6,010 nucleotides of DNA. It comes from Octopus sinensis. Taxonomy: Eukaryota. How positions within the stretch are numbered: the first letter of the stretch is position 1; each line of letters begins with the position of its first letter. The notes beneath the pieces were generated by a model, which made no database searches, had not been told where the DNA came from, and was given only the letters and a program-made list of their open reading frames with translations. Where the stretch lies: assembly GCF_006345805.1 (NCBI RefSeq), contig NW_021829711.1, forward strand, positions 1 to 6,010, written 5' to 3'. Below are positions 1 through 5,930 of this stretch, piece by piece. The position numbers and the translations under genes are program-made.

Positions 1-200
1 CAGCTTTAGAACCTTGATCACTCCAAACACCATGATGTTGACTGGATGTTTGGTTTTTATAACTCTCGGTACATAATCCTCAGATTGCACTGTCCTCAGA
101 TTAACATTCAAACACTCTGAAATGTTCGTATTGGAGCTTCCGGCGCGAATGCCAAGCAGTACAGCAAGTCGTTTCCAAATTTTGGCAGAGTGAATTGCAT
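1..200 (-). pseudogene. Internally deleted Tc1/mariner (IS630-Tc1-mariner superfamily) transposase remnant
   Basis: ATG at 200 gives MQFTLP. After a 1-nt frameshift near 181, the frame 180->1 is open for 60 codons: IWKRLAVLLGIRAGSSNTNISECLNVNLRTVQ-SEDYVPRVI-KTKHPVNIMVFGVI-KVLKL. GSSNTNISECLNVNLRTVQ fits a helix-turn-helix. KTKHPVNIMVFGVI (57->16) fits the KHP..(V/I)MV(W/F)G motif that follows the first catalytic Asp in Tc1/mariner transposases. The element probably continues left of the window. Confidence 0.8.
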
Positions 201-547
201 CACGGTGCTTTTTTTTTTTCTCACGGACGGTGCCCAACCGACCCTACTATATTGTGCATTTGATAAAATCAAAAACAAACTATGCATATTGGCCTGTTCT
301 GAGAAACACTGGCTTAAGCTGCGACGCAGTTGAACAGAATCGAAAACGACGTAGTTACAAGACGAGCTACTAAACCAGACAGTTTTCAATTTTAAACGTA
401 AATTAATCGCTCGCAGAAATAATGGTTTAAAATAAGTTAGCTGCAATTCAGTGTTTTGTAGTCTAACTTAATAAAAAATCAATTCATAATGCATTACGTT
501 AAAATAAACCTATTTGAAGAACATGCGCATATGCATTGTTTGTTTTT

Positions 548-718
548 GTTACGTTCTGAGTTCAAATTCCGCCGAGGTCGACTTTGCCTTTCATCCTTTC
601 GTGGTCGATAAATAAAGTACCAGTTTCACACTGGCGTCGATGTAATCGACTTAGTCCCTTTGTCTGTCCTTGTTTGTCCCCTCTATGATTAGCCCCTTGT
701 GGGTAGTAAAGAAATAGG
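548..718 (+). mobile_element. tRNA-derived SINE family A, headless unit 1 of a tandem dimer
   Basis: Matches the other family A copies in the window: B-box-like GAGTTCAAATTCC, central GACTTTGCCTTTCATCCTTTCG.GGTCGATAAA, tail TTAGCCCCTTGTGGGTAGTAAAGAAATAGG. It lacks the ~45-nt 5' head. The left edge is fuzzy (~535-548). Confidence 0.9.
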
Positions 719-900
719 TATTTCGTTTGTCTTTACGTTCTGAGTTCAAATTCCGCCGAGGTCGACTTTGCCTTTCATCCTTTCGGGGTCGATAAATAAA
801 GTACCAGTTTCGCACTAGGGTCGATGTAATCGACTTAGTCCCTTTGTCAGCCCCTGTTTGTCCCCTCTATGTTTAGCTCCTTGTGGGCAGTAAAGAAATA
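719..900 (+). mobile_element. SINE family A, headless unit 2 of the tandem dimer (period 184 bp)
   Basis: ACGTTCTGAG occurs at 551 and 735. Junction is AAAGAAATAGG|TATTTCG. It shares variants with unit 1 (AAATAAAGTACCAGTTTC, CTTAGTCCCTTT, CTCTATG). Confidence 0.9.
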
Positions 901-904
901 TATA

Positions 905-1020
905 TGTTGCATGTGTGTGTTTCCTTGAGATATACACGCTCGCACACATGCACACACACATACACACATGCACAAGAACACATATATGGTAGTGGGTGAG
1001 TTTGTGTGTATTTACTTATA
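905..1020. repeat. Degenerate (TG)/(CA) microsatellite
   Basis: Interrupted tgtgtgtg and cacacacatacacac runs. Confidence 0.7.
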
Positions 1021-1314
1021 TGCATCCACTCAGTTTTGGCAACTTGCTTTACTGAGTTCATTTAAGAGGAAAACATACCCACTGATTTCACCCATCGGTT
1101 TTAAAAGACAAGACCCACTCAGATCTGTTTATTAACATTAAATGTCCAATAATTTCGATCAGACGGTCTAAGATTTATCTCCCTTGCTTTTGGTTTTTTT
1201 TGTTGTTTTTTTTTGTTTTGTTTTTTGGGAGAGATTTTCGACATCTCTTCATTTTCTATTCGATAATTGCGTTCATAATCTAAATTGGCCGGAGGATAAA
1301 ATATGTCAAACTCC

Positions 1315-1367
1315 AAACTATATAAATAATAAACTATATAAATAATAAACTATATAAATAATAAACT
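1315..1367. repeat. 16-bp minisatellite AAACTATATAAATAAT x3.3
   Basis: Perfect units at 1315, 1331 and 1347, plus a partial AAACT at 1363. Confidence 0.95.
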
Positions 1368-1700
1368 CTGCTGTCGATTTCGACATATCGAGTTCTAACA
1401 GCATTTTTTCCCCTTTTGTTTTGGGTCTGATGTCTATGTCTGTTATGAGCCAACAATTTAGATTAGATATATGAACGGCTTATTAAACAAAGCGACTGGC
1501 ATGTTAATTCGAGATTTCTGTTTGCGTTAAGTCCTTCAAGACAATCCAGATTGCTTAATTTATAATTTTTTTGTTGTTGTTTTTTCTTATGGTTTTATAG
1601 TAATTCTTTGCGATTCGATGCAGTTTTTTTTACTATTTCTGGAAGAATCTTTGTCACTTTCAGGTTAGCTTTGAACTTGTCCTTGTACCATAGCCATCTT

Positions 1701-1772
<72 letters not shown>
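1701..1772. repeat. (TCTA)18 microsatellite
   Basis: Perfect tetranucleotide run read directly from the sequence. Confidence 0.97.
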
Positions 1773-1830
1773 CCTACCCGGAGATGAGCATTGGAAAGCA
1801 CGTTATAAGGTTATTATCCAGATGATACAA

Positions 1831-1898
1831 ACACACACACACACACACATACATACATATATATTATACATACATATGTTATCTATACATACATTTAT

Positions 1899-1937
<39 letters not shown>

Positions 1938-1942
1938 ATATA

Positions 1943-1979
<37 letters not shown>

Positions 1980-2023
1980 ATGTATGTATGTCTATATATA
2001 TATATAATATATATATATATATA
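1831..2023. repeat. Compound (AC)n/(ATAC)n/(AT)n microsatellite
   Basis: Read directly from the sequence. Confidence 0.95.
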
Positions 2024-2080
2024 TTAATAAAATACTGTGTACATTTAAACACAAGGAATCCACTCGTGGGATTCAACACG

Positions 2081-2488
2081 CTAGAAAGAACAGCTAGGTT
2101 CTATACTTTTGCACATTTTATTACATACTAGACAACTGTGCTGGCTGGCAGGAGAAACGGGTGCCGCCATATGCACTCCCTTAACATGTCTTTTTAGACC
2201 TCCAACTGAGAGGCACACCCTTCCACATTCTACACATGTTCTGTTGTGAAGTTTAATATTCACATCACTGTTTATCATGGGTCGATTCCTGTGAGATTTT
2301 TGATGGCTCACCATGCCTGCACGACTCAAACACCTCCTCCCACAAACCACACACATACATAAATACATACACACTAAAGTGCATACTAAAATATATACAT
2401 AGACAGTTGCATACAAGGCAGATAGACAGGAGCTTACTTCACTATTTCTTCTCCGTTTCTTCTTTCTTCCACTCAACACACTAAGCAA
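2081..2488 (-). pseudogene. Remnant ORF with 2.5 atypical C2H2 zinc fingers; most likely a non-LTR retrotransposon (RTE-like) ORF2 C-terminus, alternatively a C2H2 ZNF fragment
   Basis: CVVCGRRCLSRAGMVSHQKSH (2353->2291, C-x2-C-x12-H-x3-H), CVECGRVCLSVGGLKRHVKGVH (2236->2171, C-x2-C-x12-H-x4-H) and truncated CLVCNKMCKS (2134->2105). There are no TGEKP linkers. A basic RKKKRRR stretch precedes the fingers. The CxxCGRxCxSxxGLxxH pattern is typical of RTE-clade ORF2 ends. Confidence 0.65.
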
Positions 2489-2561
2489 ATATTATAGTAT
2501 TTGATCTATATCTCCATTGAGATTATATTATATTGTAAACAATCCGACAGCTGCCTCTAGT

Positions 2562-2576
2562 CAACAATAACAGCCA

Positions 2577-2607
<31 letters not shown>

Positions 2608-2639
2608 AGTGATAATACTAATAATAATAATAATAACAA
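2562..2639. repeat. Compound (AAC)n/(AGC)n/(AAT)n trinucleotide repeat
   Basis: Read directly from the sequence. Confidence 0.9.
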
Positions 2640-2819
2640 AGACGATGGTGGAGACGGTGATAATGTTTACTTTGTTGTTGCTGCAAGGGCGAAGACGGTA
2701 AATGAGGTAATAAACATTGCAAGGACAAGTTGCATAAAGGGAACCCCTCCCCCCCGTGGGACGATCCACAGCCACTGTGTTATGGAAACTAACAAACAAA
2801 CATACAGTGACATGCAATC

Positions 2820-3019
2820 TATGTATGTATAGACATATGTATGTTCGTATGTATGTATGTATGTATGTATGTATGTATGTATGTATGTATGTATTATGTA
2901 TGTATGTGTATGTATGTATGTGTATGTATGTATGTATGTATGTATGTATGTATGTATGTATGTATGTTGTATGTATGTATGCATGTATATGTATGTATGT
3001 ATGCATGTATGTATGGATG

Positions 3020-3051
<32 letters not shown>

Positions 3052-3186
3052 CGTATGTATGTATGTATGTATGTATGTGTATGTATGTATGTATGTGTAT
3101 GTATGTATGTATGTATATGTATGTATGCATGTATATGTATGTATGTATGCATGTATGTATGTATATATGTATGTATGTATGTATGT
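2820..3186. repeat. Long imperfect (TATG)n microsatellite (~370 bp)
   Basis: Read directly. It explains the MYVC/HTYI-rich pseudo-ORFs. Confidence 0.97.
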
Positions 3187-3261
3187 ACACATTCGATCAC
3201 AGCACCAATAACAGATAAGCTTCGTGCAATGGCCATACTTGATAACGAGGGGGCAGCCATC

Positions 3262-3474
3262 ATGTATCTATATATGTATGTATGTGTATATATGCACGTG
3301 TAAGTATGTATATATGTGTATACGTCTGTTTCTATGTATCTATCTATCTGTCTGTCTGTCTATCTATCTGTTTGTTTGTCTGTCTATTTATTTATTTATC
3401 TATTTATTCATCTATCTATATATCATCTATCTATCGACCTATCTGCAAATGCATGTGTACATGTGTGTGGGTGT

Positions 3475-3558
<84 letters not shown>
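3262..3558. repeat. Compound (TATG)/(TCTA)/(TCTG)/(TTTA) repeat followed by (GT)n at ~3462-3558
   Basis: Read directly from the sequence. Confidence 0.93.
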
Positions 3559-3562
<4 letters not shown>

Positions 3563-3792
3563 TCACTCCAAGCATTTACTGTTTGTTGTTTGCTGTGCCA
3601 ACTGGACTATTCCACGCTCTTCGATCAGAAGCCTTGCCAGCTGCCGAAAGCGGTTACGTGCTTTCACAGATATGGACGGTCTAGCACTGGGAGAAGTCAT
3701 AGCAGAAGGCTGCCGCTAAGTAGTTCTTGTGTGTGACCATCTTTCTAAAAAGGTCTTGTATAAAAGTTTGAAACCAATATTGTCACCCTATT

Positions 3793-3988
3793 AAAGGCGA
3801 CAGAATCGTTAGCACACCGGGGAAAATGCTTAGCGACATTTCGTCCGCTGCTATGTTCTGAGTTCAAATTCTACCGAGATTGACTTTGCCTTTTATCCTT
3901 TCAGGGGTCGATTAAGTGATTACCAGTTGAAGCGACTTACCCCCTCCTCCGCAATTGCTGGCCTTGTTCCAAAATTTGAAACCAATAT
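3793..3988 (+). mobile_element. SINE family A' (family A head and centre, different 3' tail ending TTTGAAACC), with small internal deletions
   Basis: AAGGCG..CAGAATCGTTAGCACACCGGG..GAGTTCAAATTC..GACTTTGCCTTTTATCCTTTC aligns to family A. After CGACTTA the sequence switches to CCCCCTCCTCCGCAATTGCTGGCCTTGTTCCAAAATTTGAAACC. About 17-19 nt of the GGGGTCGATGTAAT region is missing. Confidence 0.85.
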
Positions 3989-4020
3989 ATCTCATGCGTA
4001 TAGAAAGACCCTCAAGGTTT
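3989..4020 (-). pseudogene. Non-LTR RT remnant, segment just before the YADD motif (NLEGLSIRMR-Y)
   Basis: Minus-strand translation, collinear with the RT pieces at 4356-4382 and 4793-5033. A degraded Y-x-DD-T-I-L-V-S can be read across the SINE A' insertion (~3792->3768). The segment is short and degenerate. Confidence 0.45.
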
Positions 4021-4357
4021 TATTTTATTTTATTTTTATCTTTTGTTTTACTTGTTTCAGTCATAGAACTGCGGTCATGCTGGAGCACCGCCTTGAAGTG
4101 TTTTAGTCGAACAAATCGAGTCCAGCATTTATATATACTTTTTTTTAGTCTGGTACGGATTCTATCAGCCACCATTACTGAACCGCTAAGTTGGTAGGGG
4201 GAAAGCTTCCGCATAATTTCAGTCTACCAAATTCACTCACAAGTCATTGGTTGGCACCCGGGGCTATAGTAGAAAACACTTGCTCAATGTGTCGTGCAGT
4301 GAGATTGAACCCGTAACTACGAGTTTGCAAAGCGAATTTCATAACCACAGAGCCCGT
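4021..4357 (-). mobile_element. tRNA-derived SINE family C (CORE-like centre), minus strand
   Basis: On the - strand: tRNA-like head (CTGTGGTTATG...GGTTCAATCTC, B box at 4311->4301), CORE-like ACATTGAGCAAGTGTTTTCTACTATAGCCCCGGG, tail GGCGGTGCTCCAGCATGACCGCAGTTCTATGACTGAAACAAG and an (AAAAT)n A-rich end. A weak TSD, TATTTTAT, lies at 4021-4028 and 4359-4366. Confidence 0.8.
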
Positions 4358-4382
4358 ATATTTTATCGAGGTTTATTAGTCT

Positions 4383-4608
4383 GAGCTGGCAGAAACGTTA
4401 GCACGCCGGGCGAAATGCTTAGCGGTATTTCGTCTGCGTTGCGTTGTGAGTTCGAATTCCGCCGAGGTCGACTTTGCCTTTCATCCTTTCGGGGTCGATA
4501 AATTGAGTACCAGTTACGCACTGGGGTCGATGTAATCGACTTAATACCTATGTCTGTCCTTGTTTGTCCCCTCTGTGTTTAGCCCCTTGTGGGTAATAAA
4601 GGAATAGG
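4383..4608 (+). mobile_element. SINE family A, near-full-length first unit of a dimer
   Basis: GAGCTGGCAGAAACGTTAGCACGCCGGGCGAAATGCTTAGCGGTATTTCG head, B box GAGTTCGAATTCC and complete tail. The left TSD GAGGTTTATTAGTCT is at 4368-4382. Confidence 0.92.
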
Positions 4609-4792
4609 TATTTCGTCTGCTGCTACGTTCTGAGTTCAAATTCCGCCGAGGTCGACTTTGCTTTTCATCCTTTCGGGGTCGATTAAATAAGTACCAGTTA
4701 CGCACTGGGGGTCAATATAATCGACTTAATCCGTTTGTCTGTCCTTGATTGTCCTCTCTGTGTTTAGCCCCTTGTGGGTAGTAAAGAAAAAA
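4609..4792 (+). mobile_element. SINE family A, headless second unit of the dimer
   Basis: Junction is GGAATAGG|TATTTCGTCTGC and the period is 183-184 bp. It ends in AAAGAAAAAA, followed by the right TSD GAGGCTTATCAGTCT at 4793-4807. Confidence 0.92.
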
Positions 4793-5033
4793 GAGGCTTA
4801 TCAGTCTTCTTGTGTCAAAATCTTGAAAGCTGTTGAAAAGGTTAAGGGAGAGCAGGTAACTTTGTCTCAGACCCACGCATACTTCAAGCAAATCTATCAG
4901 TTGACGATCATTCACAACTATGGCACACATAGCATTCTATAACACCTCTATCATCTGCAATATCGGGTGCTCTACTTCCACTGCCCCCTTTATCCTCCAT
5001 GTCCTTTCTCCTGGTCGTATTAAGAGCAGCTTT
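4793..5033 (-). pseudogene. Non-LTR retrotransposon (RTE-like) reverse transcriptase remnant, central part
   Basis: Minus-strand translation: KAALNTTRRK /frameshift ~5001/ WRIKGAVEVEHPILQMIEVL*NAMCAIVVNDRQLIDLLEVCVGLRQSYLLSLNLFNSFQDFDTRRLISL. GLRQSYLLSLNLFN (4873->4832) matches the RT motif G(V/L)RQG..LSP.LFN, and KAA(F)N matches DF.KAFD. It carries a premature stop and a frameshift. Confidence 0.85.
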
Positions 5034-5070
5034 GTGCAGGCGCGTGGCTTAGTGGTTAGGCTATTCGGCT

Positions 5071-5305
5071 AAGGCTGCGAGCTGTCAGAAACGTTAGCAC
5101 GCCGGGCGAAATGCGTAGCCGTATTTCGTCTGCCGTTACGTTCTGAGTTCAAATTCCGCCGAGGTCGACTTTGTCTTTCATCCTTTCGGGGTCGATAAAT
5201 TAAGTACCAGTTACGCACTGGGGTCCACATAATCGACTTAATCCGTTTGTCTGTCCTTGTTTGTCCCCTCTGTGTTTAGCCCCTTGTGGGTAGTAAAGAA
5301 ATAGG
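5071..5305 (+). mobile_element. SINE family A, full-length monomer (235 bp) nested in SINE B
   Basis: Full head AAGGCTGCGAGCTG... through tail AAAGAAATAGG. Perfect 9-bp TSD TATTCGGCT at 5062-5070 and 5306-5314. Confidence 0.95.
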
Positions 5306-5493
5306 TATTCGGCTCACGGTCGTAAAGTCACGAGTCTGATTACTGGCAGTGTGTTGTTCCCTTGAGCAAGATACTTTATTTCACGTTGCTCCACTCCGCT
5401 CAGCTGGCACTATTGAGTAGTACCTGTATTTCAAAAGCGCCAGCCTTGTCACACTCTGTGTCACACTGAATCTCCCTGAGAACTACGTTAAGG

Positions 5494-5721
5494 CGAGCTG
5501 GCAGAAACGTTAGCACACCGGGCGAAATGCGTAGCCGTATTTCGTCTGCCGTTACGTTCTGAGTTCAAATTCCGCCGAGGTCGACTTTGCCTTTCATCCT
5601 TTCGGGGTCGATAAATTAAGTACAAGTTACGCACTAGGGTCCACATAATCGACTTAATCCGTTTGTCTGTCCTTGTTTGTCCCCTCTGTGTTTAGCCCCT
5701 TGTGGGTAGTAAAGAAATAGG
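5494..5721 (+). mobile_element. SINE family A, full-length monomer nested in SINE B (second insertion)
   Basis: About 98% identical to 5071-5305 by eye (5 substitutions plus a 3-nt 5' difference). There is no long TSD, only an AGG microhomology at both junctions. Confidence 0.93.
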
Positions 5722-5830
5722 TACGCCTGTCTGTGGAGGGCTGAGCTACTTGTACCTTAATTTCACGAGCAGGATGCTCCGTTGATTGGATCAACTGGAA
5801 CCCTCGTCGTCATAATCGACGGAGTGCCGG

Positions 5831-5930
5831 TTAAAGGCAGCTTTTAAATAATCGTCAACATTTGAATTTCTTTTACTTTTCCAATGATCATCCATTCTGA
5901 CTCAAAAAATTGGCATCAGCCCTGTCTTTA
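5831..5930 (-). pseudogene. Non-LTR RT remnant, upstream continuation (…MIIGKVKEIQ…DYLKAAFN)
   Basis: The right TSD copy reads AAA GCT GCC TTT AA(T) = KAAFN on the - strand, preceded by DYL. Further upstream, a frameshifted MIIGKVKE resembles R.I.EK..E of RT. The far boundary is uncertain. Confidence 0.6.

Larger units (their letters stand above)
5034..5830 (+). mobile_element. tRNA-derived SINE family B (host pieces 5034-5070, 5306-5493, 5722-5830), interrupted by two family A copies
   Basis: A box TGGCTTAGTGG (5045-5055), degenerate B box near 5332-5343, GTGTTGTTCCCTTGAGCAAGATACTTT centre, and end GGAACCCTCGTCGTCATAATCGACGGAGTGCC. Flanked by an imperfect 14-bp TSD, TTAAGAGCAGCTTT (5020-5033) / TTAAAGGCAGCTTT (5831-5844). 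Confidence 0.85.

Noticed and set aside
108-446. 112-aa minus-strand ORF as a gene
   Set aside because: Only MQFTLP overlaps the likely transposase start. The transposase homology is in another frame and the rest has no recognisable features.
548-900. Hammerhead or HDV-like ribozyme in the tandem unit (retrozyme-like idea)
   Set aside because: I could not find a CUGANGA...GAAA core or an HDV nested double pseudoknot by eye. An Infernal/RNAmotif search would be needed to exclude it fully.
520-915. TSD around the first SINE dimer
   Set aside because: Only loose ATATG/GCAT similarity in low-complexity flanks, which is not convincing.
873-1316. Small ORFs 873-1061 and 1119-1316, and also 3955-4197 and 4020-4214
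   Set aside because: They overlap SINE, poly-T or (CA) sequence and show no protein motifs.
2056-2097. Short inverted repeats (GAATCC...GGATTC; CTAG...CTAG) where the third zinc finger is truncated
   Set aside because: The 4-6-bp stems are expected by chance and I found no matching second terminus.
2667-2735. Signal-peptide-like MQLVLAMFITSFTVFALAATTK on the minus strand
   Set aside because: It ends in a stop immediately, sits between microsatellites and has no splice support. It is likely chance hydrophobicity from T-rich sequence.
2557-3736. Nine long overlapping ORFs (MYVC-, HTYI- and CV-rich, up to 211 aa)
   Set aside because: They are translations of (TATG)n, (TCTA)n and (GT)n microsatellites, which lack stop codons in most frames.
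4805-4855. Apparent 51-nt plus-strand exon (TTATCAG|...GAGCAG|GTAACT; SSCVKILKAVEKVKGEQ) and ORF 4745-4942
   Set aside because: It is antisense to the clear RT motif GLRQ..LS..LFN, the acceptor lies inside a TSD, and there is no polypyrimidine tract.
5034-5350. Functional tRNA genes in the SINE heads (also 4290-4357)
   Set aside because: A/B-box-like motifs are present, but there is no complete cloverleaf and they run into SINE bodies.
548-5721. Recurrent ~184-235-bp repeats as a CRISPR array or prokaryotic repeat
   Set aside because: The units are far too long, have no regular unique spacers, and have Pol III boxes and TSDs in a eukaryotic context. They are SINEs.
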